A stretch of 64,000 bases of DNA from an uncultured bacterium (GCA_964571965.1 CAZNFQ010000002.1:2363-66362); one strand, 5' to 3'. Numbered from the stretch's first letter, positions 52,764 to 63,148 are shown. Program-made: numbers and translations. Notes: generated by a model from the letters alone, not told the origin.

Positions 52764-53570
52764 CTATTTCAGGGCGTTCCCCTCAGAGGGAGCGCCCTTT
52801 TCTATGACCTTTCTGAACTCTTCCCATACTCCGGGCGCCGCGCACTGAACCCCCCTGGATTCGATGGTCCATTCCCCGCTCCGAAAACCGGTGACCGTTC
52901 CCCCTGCTTCTTTCACCATAAGCACCCCGGCTGCCATATCCCAGGGTTTAAGGTTTTCTTCCCAGAATCCGCCCAGACGACCAGCGGCGGTATAGGCAAG
53001 GTCCAAAGCGGCTGAACCGCATCTGCGAAGTCCTCTTGCCCTACCCAGGAAACTTTCCAGAACGCCCAGGTCGAAGGTAAGATCAGATTCTGTTCTCGTG
53101 TAGGGGAAGCCGGTGGCAAGAATAACATCCGAGAGTCTGTTCTTGCCGGAGACCGATATCGATTCTCCGTTGAGAAAGGCTCCCTCTCCCCTGAGGGCCA
53201 GAAAGGTTTCTTCATGTACCGGGTCGTGAATGCAGCCCAGGCAGACCCCCGAACTGTCCATAAGGGCAATGGAAACACAGTAGAATGGAATGCCCACCGC
53301 AAAGTTGTTAGTGCCGTCAAGGGGATCCACCACCCAGAAGGGGGGGTCGGGAAACCTGCCGTTCCAGCTTTCTTCCCCCAGAAAAGAAGAACCCGGCAGA
53401 AGCTTCATAAGGTTTTCCATCAGAAACCTTTCCGTCTCCAGGTCAGCTTCCGTTACAAACTCCATTCCCTGCTTGTTTTCAACGGAAAAACCCTTTTCCC
53501 TGTAGCCGGCGAGTATCGCCCCTGCCTCTTTTGCAATACACAGTGTTTTTTCAACGAAATCTGATGACAT
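52764..53570 (-). CDS. inositol monophosphatase family protein (SuhB-like)
   Basis: 268 aa; WVVDPLDGTNNF metal-binding motif and EESWNG motif. Confidence 0.85.
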   Translation of the reverse strand: MSSDFVEKTLCIAKEAGAILAGYREKGFSVENKQGMEFVTEADLETERFLMENLMKLLPGSSFLGEESWNGRFPDPPFWVVDPLDGTNNFAVGIPFYCVSIALMDSSGVCLGCIHDPVHEETFLALRGEGAFLNGESISVSGKNRLSDVILATGFPYTRTESDLTFDLGVLESFLGRARGLRRCGSAALDLAYTAAGRLGGFWEENLKPWDMAAGVLMVKEAGGTVTGFRSGEWTIESRGVQCAAPGVWEEFRKVIEKGAPSEGNALK

Positions 53571-53633
53571 TGAACACCTTTTCCGATTGAGTATGGTGGA
53601 ATTATATCAGGGGATACACGGAAGGAGGGACTC

Positions 53634-55481
53634 ATGGCCCTGAAGCAGTTAGGTAAGAGGCTCCAGTACCACCTGAACGATATTCTGGCCGGGAATCCCC
53701 TCTGGCAGATTTTCTTTCTGGTGGTTTTCTCCGCTGCAGTGATCTTGATAGGCATGGCTCTCATCAGAAGCCATCTGGAGTGCGTGGACGGCCAGAACCC
53801 CTTCTGGTGGAGCCTGACAAGGCTGATGGACCAGGGAACCTTTGTGGGGGATCACAAGGATGATCATCATGCTCAGGTCGTTGCCGTGCTCATAACCCTG
53901 TGCGGTATTCTGGTGATGTCTACCCTGATAGGTACCGTCTCTTCAAAGATATCAGAGCGTCTGGATTCCCTGAAAAGGGGCAGGTCTCCCATTGTGGAGA
54001 AGGATCATCTGATCGTCTGCGGAAATGGAGACAGGCTGTATGAGGTTACCCGGGAGCTGATTGAATCCCGCATGGACGAACCCCGCTCTCACAGGAGCAG
54101 TATTGTAATGTTTTCGGAGTCTTCCAGGGAAACCATGGAGGAGATTCTGGCACAGAGAACCGGCAGGAAATACGCGAAAGAGGTTATCTGCCGCTCTGGT
54201 GTGGTAACTGACATCGATTCTCTCAGGCTTGTGGGTTTCCACAGGTGCCGGGGTTTTGTGATCATAGGAGAAGAAGATACGGTGGTACTTAAAACCCTTA
54301 TCGCTGTAAGCTCTCTATGTAACGGCAACAAGCCTGTTTCCGTGTGCGAGATAAGAAACGCCGTTATGGGAGAAGTGGCCAGAATGGCTCACGAAGACGT
54401 GAAGTGGGTTCCCGTAAGGGAAGTGGTCATGAGACTTCTCATACAGATATGCCGCCAACCGGGGCTCAGCGCCGTATACAAAGAGATACTGAGTTTTTCG
54501 GGGAACGAGTTCTATTTCAGAGAGAGCCCCGAGGTGAATGGTGTTTCCTTCAGGGAGGCCGCCTCAAGATTGTCCGAAGGGGTTGCCGTTGGAATAGACA
54601 GAGGAGGGGAAGTGGAAATCAATCCCTCCGGCGAAACTGTTCTCGGTCCGGAAGACAGAATGCTGATTCTTGCCCGTGATCTGGAGAGCATCAGATTTGT
54701 GAAATCTCCCGGGGCGGTTCTGGTTGAAGCTAAGGAGAAAGAGTCCTGCGGAGATCTTTTCGAGATGCTTGTCTTTTCGGGATACAGCACCCGTTTCAGT
54801 CTGATGCTGGAACTGCTTGACAGGTATTCTCCCGGAGGAGCCAGAATAGTTGTTGCGGGTTCTCTTTCCCGGGAAGATGGAGTCAGGGTCACGGAAGCCA
54901 TCCAGTGCACCAACTGTACCGTGGAGTACCTGCAGATGGACAGAACGGATCCCGATGCCGTGCGTGCGGTGAAACCCGAAAAGTACGACAGCATCATGGT
55001 GGTGTCAGGGAAGAAACCGGGAGATTCCGATGAGAAGGCTGACTCGGAGTGTATCGTTACCCTGCTGATCCTCAAGCAGATAAGAAAAACCCTCGGCAGC
55101 GCATGGAATGCAACCGTTGTAGCGGAGATAAGGAACCCCAGGAACAGAAAACTGGCCACCGCTGCGGAAATTGACGACTTCGTGATATCCAACGAAGTAT
55201 GCAGTATGATAATGGCCCAGCTGGTGAAGCAGAAGAAGCTGGGACAGGTTTTCGAAGAGATATTCGACCCCTCGGGCTGCGAGATTCAGCTACGGTGCGC
55301 TTCGCAGTATCACAGGGGAACGTTCCGTGAACTGGAAGCCCAGGGCAGACTGAGAAACGAGGTTGTTCTCGGGTGGCTTACCGGAACCGGTTCCGAAGCT
55401 GTGGTTACTCTTAATCCTTCAAGGGATCTGGTGATGCCCCCTGATGAGGACTGCAGGGTAATCGCCATCGCTGAAAGGTAG
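53634..55481 (+). CDS. CASTOR/POLLUX-like ion channel with tandem RCK/TrkA-N domains
   Basis: 615 aa; N-terminal two-TM pore region with a pore-loop-like WWSLTRLMDQGTFVGDH; RCK Rossmann motif HLIVCGNGDRLYEVTREL and a second RCK domain. Confidence 0.55.
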   Translation: MALKQLGKRLQYHLNDILAGNPLWQIFFLVVFSAAVILIGMALIRSHLECVDGQNPFWWSLTRLMDQGTFVGDHKDDHHAQVVAVLITLCGILVMSTLIGTVSSKISERLDSLKRGRSPIVEKDHLIVCGNGDRLYEVTRELIESRMDEPRSHRSSIVMFSESSRETMEEILAQRTGRKYAKEVICRSGVVTDIDSLRLVGFHRCRGFVIIGEEDTVVLKTLIAVSSLCNGNKPVSVCEIRNAVMGEVARMAHEDVKWVPVREVVMRLLIQICRQPGLSAVYKEILSFSGNEFYFRESPEVNGVSFREAASRLSEGVAVGIDRGGEVEINPSGETVLGPEDRMLILARDLESIRFVKSPGAVLVEAKEKESCGDLFEMLVFSGYSTRFSLMLELLDRYSPGGARIVVAGSLSREDGVRVTEAIQCTNCTVEYLQMDRTDPDAVRAVKPEKYDSIMVVSGKKPGDSDEKADSECIVTLLILKQIRKTLGSAWNATVVAEIRNPRNRKLATAAEIDDFVISNEVCSMIMAQLVKQKKLGQVFEEIFDPSGCEIQLRCASQYHRGTFRELEAQGRLRNEVVLGWLTGTGSEAVVTLNPSRDLVMPPDEDCRVIAIAER

Positions 55482-55485
55482 AGAA

Positions 55486-56208
55486 ATGAAGGGTTCGGTA
55501 TTTATTGGTACGCTGGGCTTTGTGACTGGTGGACTATTGTGTCTTCTGGGTATAGTGTTCATCGCAGGGGCTCCTCTGCTCACCAACCCTCTGGATTCCA
55601 TGCTGCAGAGCTCCGCCAGGGGGCTGCGAACCTCAGGCGAGGCCATCAACTCTGTAACCGACGGAGTTTCCAATTCCACAGGGATGATAAACGAGGTCAA
55701 GGGATCCCTGGAGACCACCTCGGAAGCTCTGTCCAGTACGGGAGGAGTACTTCAGCAGACGGTGGAAATACTCGAGGAAACCCGTATCATCCTTCCTGCC
55801 ATGGCCAACGATATGGCCTCTATGCCGCCTATGTTGAGAAACATGATGCCCAACAACCACTTCGATGAGGTGGCCGAAAGAACTGAAACCGTGGCAATGA
55901 AGCTTGGTCTTCTGAATACCCAGCTTGAGAACCTCTCCATGGACGTTATTGAAACCTCCCAGGCCATCGGAGGCGTTGCGGTTTCAGTGGAGACCCTTCA
56001 GCAGGACCTTCTCTCCACCGAGGGTTCCTTCAGTGAAGCGGCGGACAAAATGGAAACAACAGCCTGTTTCGTGGAAAACGGTTCGTTCTCCTCCATGATA
56101 GCAGCCCTTTCAGCAGGGATTGGCGTACTTCTGTTACTTGTGGGTCTCTACCAGATTTCTTCCGCTCTCATGATCAGAAGAATTATGAAGGCCCAGGCAC
56201 TGAAGTGA
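55486..56208 (+). CDS. hypothetical membrane protein (N- and C-terminal TM, periplasmic coiled-coil region)
   Basis: 240 aa; starts 5 nt after the channel gene and overlaps the next ORF by 4 nt; Ser/Thr-rich helical ectodomain. Confidence 0.45.
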   Translation: MKGSVFIGTLGFVTGGLLCLLGIVFIAGAPLLTNPLDSMLQSSARGLRTSGEAINSVTDGVSNSTGMINEVKGSLETTSEALSSTGGVLQQTVEILEETRIILPAMANDMASMPPMLRNMMPNNHFDEVAERTETVAMKLGLLNTQLENLSMDVIETSQAIGGVAVSVETLQQDLLSTEGSFSEAADKMETTACFVENGSFSSMIAALSAGIGVLLLLVGLYQISSALMIRRIMKAQALK

Positions 56209-56714
56209 TATTGAAGACGGTTCTGCTGATCCTGCTGATTACCCTGCCCGCAGCTGCCGGTTCATTCAAGCTGTACAGCGGCAGCCTTGATCTTGATCTG
56301 GGCACATACAGATACCTGAAATTCCGGATAACTCCGGATCAGGCAATCGGCACTGAGATATCCGGAAGTTTTACCACAATTCCTGAAAACACCCCTGTGG
56401 AACTGATCCTTCTCACCCAGTGGAACTACATAACGGGCTGGACGAACCGGGGAGAGATCGATACTCTGGCGGTTCGCAGGGATGGACCGGGGGAGTTTAC
56501 CATTCCAGTTCCCGATTACGGTGATTTCGTTCTCGTGGTTAGCAACAGGGGGAATTACACCCCTGTGTCCATTGAGGCGGACTTCAGGGTTAACTTTGAG
56601 GGGACCGGAATTGCCTACGACTCGTTACCCACTGGAATGACGGTTCTTATTACTGTACTTGCAGCTGCTCTTGTGGTTGCCGCTGTGGTGCTTACTCTCA
56701 GGAAGCTGTTGTGA
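56205..56714 (+). CDS. hypothetical secreted/C-terminally anchored protein
   Basis: 169 aa; signal peptide MILKTVLLILLITLPAAAG and a C-terminal TM VLITVLAAALVVAAVVLTL. Confidence 0.45.
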   Translation: MILKTVLLILLITLPAAAGSFKLYSGSLDLDLGTYRYLKFRITPDQAIGTEISGSFTTIPENTPVELILLTQWNYITGWTNRGEIDTLAVRRDGPGEFTIPVPDYGDFVLVVSNRGNYTPVSIEADFRVNFEGTGIAYDSLPTGMTVLITVLAAALVVAAVVLTLRKLL

Positions 56715-56772
56715 CGGGCGGGCAATTTAATTTACTATATTCCAGAGCGGAAATATAAGAAAGGGGTCCAGA

Positions 56773-57222
56773 ATGCTCATTTCCACCAGAAGCAGATACG
56801 GGCTCAGAGCACTTGTACATCTGGCAAGAACAGACTGTTCAACACCTGTCAGTCTTGGCGGAATAGCCAAGGTTGAAGAAATACCCATAAGGTATCTCGA
56901 ACAAATTTTCGGCAGGCTTCGAACCGCCGATATCGTAAGGGGAAGACGGGGCCCCGGCGGCGGGTACGTTCTCAGCAGAAGCCCTTCCGAGATTTCCCTG
57001 CTGGATGTTATCCGTGTGCTTGAGACCGAGTTTTTCCAAACCAACTGCGTTCTGCAGTGTCCTGATTCAACCGTTACCGAAGAAGAGAGGAAGAAAGGGT
57101 GCGCAAGAGAGGAGTTCTGCCCCACAAGGCGACTCTGGTCCGACATAAAGGGCATCTGCGAAACCTATCTGATCAACAATACACTCAGCGACCTCGCAGG
57201 AGGGTCGCTTGAAATGGAGTAG
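56773..57222 (+). CDS. iscR: Rrf2-family transcriptional regulator (IscR-like)
   Basis: 149 aa; N-terminal winged helix-turn-helix SRYGLRALVHLAR, three clustered Cys (CVLQCP...C); immediately upstream of iscU/iscS. Confidence 0.8.
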   Translation: MLISTRSRYGLRALVHLARTDCSTPVSLGGIAKVEEIPIRYLEQIFGRLRTADIVRGRRGPGGGYVLSRSPSEISLLDVIRVLETEFFQTNCVLQCPDSTVTEEERKKGCAREEFCPTRRLWSDIKGICETYLINNTLSDLAGGSLEME

Positions 57223-57228
57223 ATAGAT

Positions 57229-57753
57229 ATGTGGAAATACTCCGACATACTAATGGATCACTTCATGAATCCCCGAAACGTGGGTTCTCTGGATACCCCC
57301 GACGGACATTCCGAGGTGGGTTCTCCCCAGTGCGGAGATGCAATGTACCTGGACATCGACATAGACGATCAGGGGCGCATCAGTGAAATTGCATTCAAGA
57401 CCTTCGGCTGTGCCGGTGCGATCGCAAGCGCATCTGCGCTTACAGAAATGGTGAAGGGTCTTCCAATCGAAGAAGCTCTCAAGATAAGGAACAGCCAGAT
57501 TGCGGAGTTCCTGGGCGGCATGCCGCCGGAGAAGTTTCACTGTTCCGTTATGGGCCATCAGGCTCTGAAGGCTGCAGTGGAGGACTTCAGGGCAAAGTGC
57601 GAAGAGATTGAAAATGTCCTCAAGGGAGCAGGAGTGACTCCGAAGCTGGTAAGGCCCGGAAGGGTTTACCTCTCTTCAGAAAAAGATGCGGAAACGGCAA
57701 AGGCAGCTCTGACAGAAAAACTGGACAGAGAGATTTCGGTAGAGGTGAAATGA
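57229..57753 (+). CDS. iscU: Fe-S cluster assembly scaffold IscU/NifU
   Basis: 174 aa; conserved Cys triad (GSPQCGDAMYLDI..., FKTFGCAGAIASASALTEMV, HCSVMGHQALKAA). Confidence 0.9.
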   Translation: MWKYSDILMDHFMNPRNVGSLDTPDGHSEVGSPQCGDAMYLDIDIDDQGRISEIAFKTFGCAGAIASASALTEMVKGLPIEEALKIRNSQIAEFLGGMPPEKFHCSVMGHQALKAAVEDFRAKCEEIENVLKGAGVTPKLVRPGRVYLSSEKDAETAKAALTEKLDREISVEVK

Positions 57754-58910
57754 TGGATACCGTTTATCTGGACAATGCCGCCACCACCCGAATGGCGCCT
57801 GAGGTTCTTGAAGCGATGCTTCCCTTCTTTGAATCACAGTATGGCAATCCCTCCAGTTTCCACACCTTCGGAAGTTCCCACATGGAAGCGGTGGAAAAGG
57901 CAAGGGGCCAGGTGGCCAGACTTCTCGGTGCAAAAACCGAGGAAATATTCTTCACCTCAGGCGGAACCGAAAGCGACAACCAGGCTCTTCGGGGTTCGGT
58001 GAAAATAGATCCCACAAGAAGGGGAATAGTTACCTCTGCCGTTGAACACCCGGCCATTCTGGAAACCGCCAGAGTGCTGGAAAAGGAAGGCTGCACACTG
58101 GGAGTTGCCTCGGTCGACGAAAATGGGGAGCTTGATCTTGACAGCCTTAAAAAGCTTGTAAGCCAGCAGACTGCAGTTGTCTCCATAATGGCAGCCAACA
58201 ACGAAACCGGTGTGATAATGCCCCTTATGAAAATCGGGGAGATTGCAAAAGATGAGGGGGCTCTCTTTCACACCGATGCTGTGCAGATGGTGGGAAAGAA
58301 CCCCATAGACGTTCATTCTCTGGGAATAGACATGCTGAGCCTTTCCGCCCATAAGCTTCACGGCCCTAAGGGAGTTGGCGCAATCTACATCAGAAAGGGA
58401 GTTCACATACCCCCTCTGATAACCGGTGGCCATCAGGAGAGGGGCGTTCGTTCGGGAACCTACAATGTTCCGGGCATAGTGGGTCTGGGAAAGGCCGCTG
58501 AACTGGCACTTACTCACCTGACCGATACCGTTGCAGAGGAAAGAAAGCTCAGGGAATCCCTGGAAAGAAGAATAAAGGAACGATGCCCCGGGGCCTTCAT
58601 AGTAGCGGAAAACGCCGCAGAGAGGCTTCCGGGAACCGTAACTGTGATATTCAGGGGAATAGAGAGTGAAGCGGTTCTTACTCTCCTTGACATGCAGGGT
58701 ATTTATGCCTCATCAGGTTCAGCCTGCAGCACGGGAAGCAAGGACCCAAGCCATGTGCTGTACGCCATGGGAATAGACTATACCCTGGCCAACAGCGCCC
58801 TTAGGTTCAGTCTCAGCAGGTATACCGGTGAAGCCGAGATCACCCGGACAGTTGATGCCCTGGAAACCATAGTGGAAAGGCTCAGACGAATCTCGCCATA
58901 TTCCCAGTGA
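57750..58910 (+). CDS. iscS: cysteine desulfurase IscS/NifS
   Basis: 386 aa; PLP-lysine region SLSAHKLHGPKGVGAIY, active-site Cys loop SSGSACSTGS. Confidence 0.9.
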   Translation: MMDTVYLDNAATTRMAPEVLEAMLPFFESQYGNPSSFHTFGSSHMEAVEKARGQVARLLGAKTEEIFFTSGGTESDNQALRGSVKIDPTRRGIVTSAVEHPAILETARVLEKEGCTLGVASVDENGELDLDSLKKLVSQQTAVVSIMAANNETGVIMPLMKIGEIAKDEGALFHTDAVQMVGKNPIDVHSLGIDMLSLSAHKLHGPKGVGAIYIRKGVHIPPLITGGHQERGVRSGTYNVPGIVGLGKAAELALTHLTDTVAEERKLRESLERRIKERCPGAFIVAENAAERLPGTVTVIFRGIESEAVLTLLDMQGIYASSGSACSTGSKDPSHVLYAMGIDYTLANSALRFSLSRYTGEAEITRTVDALETIVERLRRISPYSQ

Positions 58911-58911
58911 T

Positions 58912-59649
58912 CTAAAAACCCTGACCTGTCCAGTAGAACCCGGCATTTACGCCGAAGTTTTCTCTGCCCTGAAGACCTGCGGAAACGCCGCAGTCTGCGG
59001 TAAGGCTTTCGTCCAGAATGAACTGCACCGCAGCTGAAGCTTCGAATATCCCCGTGGTGGAACCTGTGAGCGCTCCGGAAAGCAGGAAATCCGGGGAGAT
59101 GTAGCTTGTTCCGCCCCCGGTGAAATAGAAAACGTCACTGATCGTTTCGTCGAAGGGGTTTCTTCCTCCGTTAAGGGCATATTCCCCGGACATGGACAGG
59201 CGGAAGTCGAGGAATGTGGTGCTGGTCACACCTCCTATTGCCAGTTCGGTTCCCCTGTCACGGAGTTCTTCTCCCGTTGGAAGAGAAAGCCTTCCTGTGA
59301 GTTTCAGGGCGGTTCCTCCCCTGGTGGTTTCGTAGAGCCAGCCTCCCGCCAACGTTATATCCCCTATGAATGATCCGTTCCACGCATCATCCACGGGTAC
59401 CAGCGGAACAACGGCAGAGACCTCGAGGTTTTCCTCTGCGCCCCAGCAGGCTCTCAGCGGGACCACGACAACGGAACCGTCGTCGGTGTTCGTGTACTCA
59501 ACCGAGGCGCCGGCCCTTAGAGTTCCCCCGGGAAGGAGGTCTGAGCTGGAGAGACCCTGCCAGCCGGAAAGACCCAGGGGTCCAAGGCCCATGGAGGCCG
59601 CAGAAACAGCAGCCGCAGAGAATAGAAAAAGAATCAGCGATGTTTTCAT
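58912..59649 (-). CDS. outer-membrane beta-barrel protein, hypothetical
   Basis: Start set at internal MKTSLILFLFSAAAVSAA signal peptide; Gly/Thr/Ser-rich amphipathic strands; C-terminal ...FYWTGQGF. Confidence 0.45.
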   Translation of the reverse strand: MKTSLILFLFSAAAVSAASMGLGPLGLSGWQGLSSSDLLPGGTLRAGASVEYTNTDDGSVVVVPLRACWGAEENLEVSAVVPLVPVDDAWNGSFIGDITLAGGWLYETTRGGTALKLTGRLSLPTGEELRDRGTELAIGGVTSTTFLDFRLSMSGEYALNGGRNPFDETISDVFYFTGGGTSYISPDFLLSGALTGSTTGIFEASAAVQFILDESLTADCGVSAGLQGRENFGVNAGFYWTGQGF

Positions 59650-59729
59650 GAATTCCTCCGGGGTTGACAAATGCTCATGCAATATGGAAAGATACCTTTA
59701 ATATAGACTCATGATCTTCGGAGGGAGTA

Positions 59730-60122
59730 ATGAAAACTGGAGAGGCCGGGGTTTTAACCGCGACGGGTTTGCTGGTGGCGGGGGCTCTCTTCGTGGGCTT
59801 TACCCCAATGCCTGAACTGGAACTCATGGAAGCCGGCATGGAACAGGAACTTTCCGTTTACCAAAGACTGAAGCAGTCAATTCAGCCCTATCATTTCGGA
59901 AACCTCCCCAGGGAATCTTTCAGAGCAGACACCACGGTGTGGGTTGTGGATCTCGATCACAACATGTATACCATTCCCCAGGTGGACCTTTACGTGACCA
60001 GAGTTCTGAGGGACCTTCAGTTCACGGGCATTACGGCCACTGAAAGGGAGCAGGGCGGAATTGTATTCAACGCTGTTTTCCCCAACGGACAGCCGGTGGA
60101 AATACAGTTCACCAGCCCCTAG
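59730..60122 (+). CDS. hypothetical small membrane-anchored protein
   Basis: 130 aa; N-terminal TM (VLTATGLLVAGALFVGF); no recognisable motif. Confidence 0.35.
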   Translation: MKTGEAGVLTATGLLVAGALFVGFTPMPELELMEAGMEQELSVYQRLKQSIQPYHFGNLPRESFRADTTVWVVDLDHNMYTIPQVDLYVTRVLRDLQFTGITATEREQGGIVFNAVFPNGQPVEIQFTSP

Positions 60123-60288
60123 GTGGTCATTACACTTGACTTTCTTTATCTTTCATCTCTTCCGTGGAGTTGTTTTGTTTTTCCGCGGAGAAGTGGTACA
60201 GCCTTTAAGATGAATTAAATTCTGACCATATAGATAGTTAGGCAAGGGCACAAACCCTGCCTGAGTAACCCGATGAAGGGAAGCGCCC

Positions 60289-63102
60289 ATGAAGAAAGCC
60301 GATAAGTGGAGGAATTACAGCTCCGCATTTGTGCTGGTAATATCACTGCTCCTCATATGGCCAACGGTGAAATGGTATTCACTGCCGGCAATTGAAAGGG
60401 ACAGGGCGGAAGCCAGTGTTCAGCCTGAAACAACGAACCCTTATCTGAGAGAACTTCTTGATGAAATGCAGAACGAAGGCGGAGAAGAACTTCTCGAGGA
60501 ATACAGGGAACTTTACCAGTCCAGCAATGGAACTATCAAGCTGGGACTGGACCTTCAGGGCGGAATGTATCTGGCTTACACGGTGGAGCCAACACCTGGC
60601 CTCGATACAGATGAAGCCCTGGACCAGGCATTGGAGATCATCAGAAACCGAATTGACGAGTTCGGTGTGTCCGAACCGTCCATAACCAGACAGGGCAGCG
60701 ACAGAATAATCGTTCAGCTTCCCGGTGTAAGGGATCCTGCAAGGGCAAGGGGAATCGTGGAACGGCAGGCTCTTCTTGAGTTCAAGATAGTAGTCTATCC
60801 CAACGCGGAGCACCCCTCGCCTTCCAGCATTCCTGTTATTCGCAACATAGAAGCAGTGCTTGGGGGCACAGACGCGGAAGAGCAGCCTGTGGCTCCCGTT
60901 GAAACGGCTGCCGAGACGGATACCACGGATGAAGAGGAGTTCTCTCTTCCGTCATCCAATGATCAGCTTTCTCTCCCGTCACCGGAAGAGCTTGAGGATG
61001 AGGCGGTTCTCCCCTCCATTGAGGTGGCAGGAGAACTGGGTTCACTTCTGACCATTGCAGATCAGAGCAACGCAACGGTTCTCAGCATCAGGCCCGGCGA
61101 CTGGATGGTACAGCAGGGTAATGACTACGATGCCCTTCAGTCCATTCTTAACAGAGAGGACGTGCAGCAGATACTTTCTGAATCGAACCTGCAGTTCTCC
61201 TTCGGTAAGCCCACCGAACTGGCCGATGGAACAACCTTCATGAGTGTATTCATCGTTCCAGCCAATGCGGGAATGGGATGGGACAGGCAGGCGGATCTTG
61301 AAATTCCCGATTACAGGCTTACAGGAGCGAACCTTACCGATGTAAGGATCCGCATGGGCGACCAGAATGCCATGTCCGTGAATCCTTATCTTCTTCTTGA
61401 ATTCGACGGTGAAGGCTCCGATATGTGGGAGAGGATAACCGGAGAGAACGTGGATGAAAGAGTGGCAATTCTTCTGGACGGAAGAATCTATTCCGTTGCC
61501 ACCATCACAGAGAGGATCAGCGGAGGCACAAGACTTTCCGGCGGGTTCAATCTGGAAGAGGCAAGGGACCTCAGGCTTGTTCTAAAGGCGGGAAGCCTTC
61601 CAGCCAGACTCATAATCGCCGAAGAACAGACAATAGGACCAAGCCTTGGTAAAACCGCCATCAGTAACGGAATGATCGCGGGTCTTGTGGGCCTTGCCAT
61701 CATTGCTGCCTTTATGATCATCTACTATGGCACAAGCGGGTTCATCGGTGTGCTCGCCCTTATTTTCGATATGCTGATAATCATGGGCTTCCTCTGTTTC
61801 CCCGGCCCGCTGGCTCAGATAGGCATTTCGGGAATGAACGCAACCCTGACCCTCCCGGGTATTGCCGGTATCATCCTTACAATTGGTATGGCAGTGGATG
61901 CCAGCGTGCTGATCTACGAGAGGATCCGCGAGGAACTTGCCAGCGGCAAGGGAATCAGATCGTCCGTAGACTCCGGGTATTCCAGAGCCTTCGTAACCAT
62001 TTTCGATGCGAACCTGACCACGTTCATAACGGCTCTTGTTCTCTACAGATTCGGAACGGGACCCATCAGGGGATTCGCAGTTACCCTTTCCATCGGTATC
62101 ATGGCTTCCATGTTCTGTTCTCTGGTGTTTACCCGTGCAGTCTTCAGCAACCTTCTGGCACAGGTAAAGAGAACGAAGATAAGCATAGGTAAAATCGCGC
62201 TGGTGAAGGATGCACACTACGACATAGTTACCAAGAGGAAGAAAACTTACATGCTCTCCCTTGCGGTCATTCTCATAGGAGTGATTTCCTTCTTTGCTCA
62301 CGGCGGTCTGAACCTTTCAATAGACTTCACCGGAGGTCTTGAGACCAACGTGGTTTCCACCCAGTATGCCACAGCTGCTGAACTTAATTCAGCGCTGACC
62401 GCACAGGGGCTCGCCAGTGTTCAGGTTCAGGCTCTGCAGGACTGGACCGGTGAGGGACACGCATTCGTGATAAGGACCTCCAGCAGCGACAAGGATCAGG
62501 TTTATGCGGCTCTCGGAGCGGAAGGCTGCTCGCTGATGGAGGATGAAGAGGGCGAGTCAGAGGCTTCCTTCATCAAGCAGATTGGACCGAGAGTAGGCAG
62601 CGAACTTCGCTCCAGGGCTGTGGACTCCATTCTTCTGGCCATGTTCTTCATTGTGCTCTACATTTGGTACAGATTCCAGTTCAAGTGGGGTCTGGCCGCC
62701 GTTGCGGCACTTCTTCACGACATTCTGATAACGGTTGGTCTTCTTGCTCTCTTCCAGATAGAGGTAAGTCTTACCATCATTGCCGCCCTTCTTACAATCG
62801 TCGGTTATTCGATCAACGATACAATCGTGGTATTCGACCGCATCAGAGAAGACAACAGACTGCGCAAGGGCAAGACCTTCGAAGAAACGGTTAACAAGGG
62901 CATAAATGAAACGCTGAGCCGTACAGTGGTTACATCACTCACCACCTTTATAGCGGTTCTCATGCTCTTCATCTTCGGAACGGGAGAGATCCATGATTTC
63001 GCCCTGACCCTGATGATAGGTATCATTGTTGGTACCTACTCATCTATCTACGTTGCCAGTCCGATACTCATCGACTGGCACGCAAGACTCAAGAAGAAGT
63101 AG
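60289..63102 (+). CDS. secDF: protein translocase subunit SecDF (fused)
   Basis: 937 aa; SecD motifs (LGLDLQGGMYLAY, large periplasmic domain, six TM) followed by the SecF half (IDFTGGL..., second six-TM bundle). Confidence 0.9.
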   Translation: MKKADKWRNYSSAFVLVISLLLIWPTVKWYSLPAIERDRAEASVQPETTNPYLRELLDEMQNEGGEELLEEYRELYQSSNGTIKLGLDLQGGMYLAYTVEPTPGLDTDEALDQALEIIRNRIDEFGVSEPSITRQGSDRIIVQLPGVRDPARARGIVERQALLEFKIVVYPNAEHPSPSSIPVIRNIEAVLGGTDAEEQPVAPVETAAETDTTDEEEFSLPSSNDQLSLPSPEELEDEAVLPSIEVAGELGSLLTIADQSNATVLSIRPGDWMVQQGNDYDALQSILNREDVQQILSESNLQFSFGKPTELADGTTFMSVFIVPANAGMGWDRQADLEIPDYRLTGANLTDVRIRMGDQNAMSVNPYLLLEFDGEGSDMWERITGENVDERVAILLDGRIYSVATITERISGGTRLSGGFNLEEARDLRLVLKAGSLPARLIIAEEQTIGPSLGKTAISNGMIAGLVGLAIIAAFMIIYYGTSGFIGVLALIFDMLIIMGFLCFPGPLAQIGISGMNATLTLPGIAGIILTIGMAVDASVLIYERIREELASGKGIRSSVDSGYSRAFVTIFDANLTTFITALVLYRFGTGPIRGFAVTLSIGIMASMFCSLVFTRAVFSNLLAQVKRTKISIGKIALVKDAHYDIVTKRKKTYMLSLAVILIGVISFFAHGGLNLSIDFTGGLETNVVSTQYATAAELNSALTAQGLASVQVQALQDWTGEGHAFVIRTSSSDKDQVYAALGAEGCSLMEDEEGESEASFIKQIGPRVGSELRSRAVDSILLAMFFIVLYIWYRFQFKWGLAAVAALLHDILITVGLLALFQIEVSLTIIAALLTIVGYSINDTIVVFDRIREDNRLRKGKTFEETVNKGINETLSRTVVTSLTTFIAVLMLFIFGTGEIHDFALTLMIGIIVGTYSSIYVASPILIDWHARLKKK

Positions 63103-63112
63103 TACTCAGCAC

Positions 63113-63148
63113 AAAAAAGGCGGAGGGTTCAGGCCCTCCGCCTTTTTT
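63113..63148. terminator. bidirectional rho-independent terminator shared by secDF and the convergent histidine kinase
   Basis: A6-GGCGGAGGG-ttcagg-CCCTCCGCC-T6: perfect 9-bp stem flanked by an A-run and a T-run. Confidence 0.65.

Noticed and set aside
54512-55192. 226-aa minus-strand ORF inside the RCK channel gene
   Set aside because: Antisense to a gene with clear RCK motifs; Ser-rich low-complexity composition.
61582-62301. 239-aa minus-strand ORF inside secDF
   Set aside because: Antisense shadow ORF.
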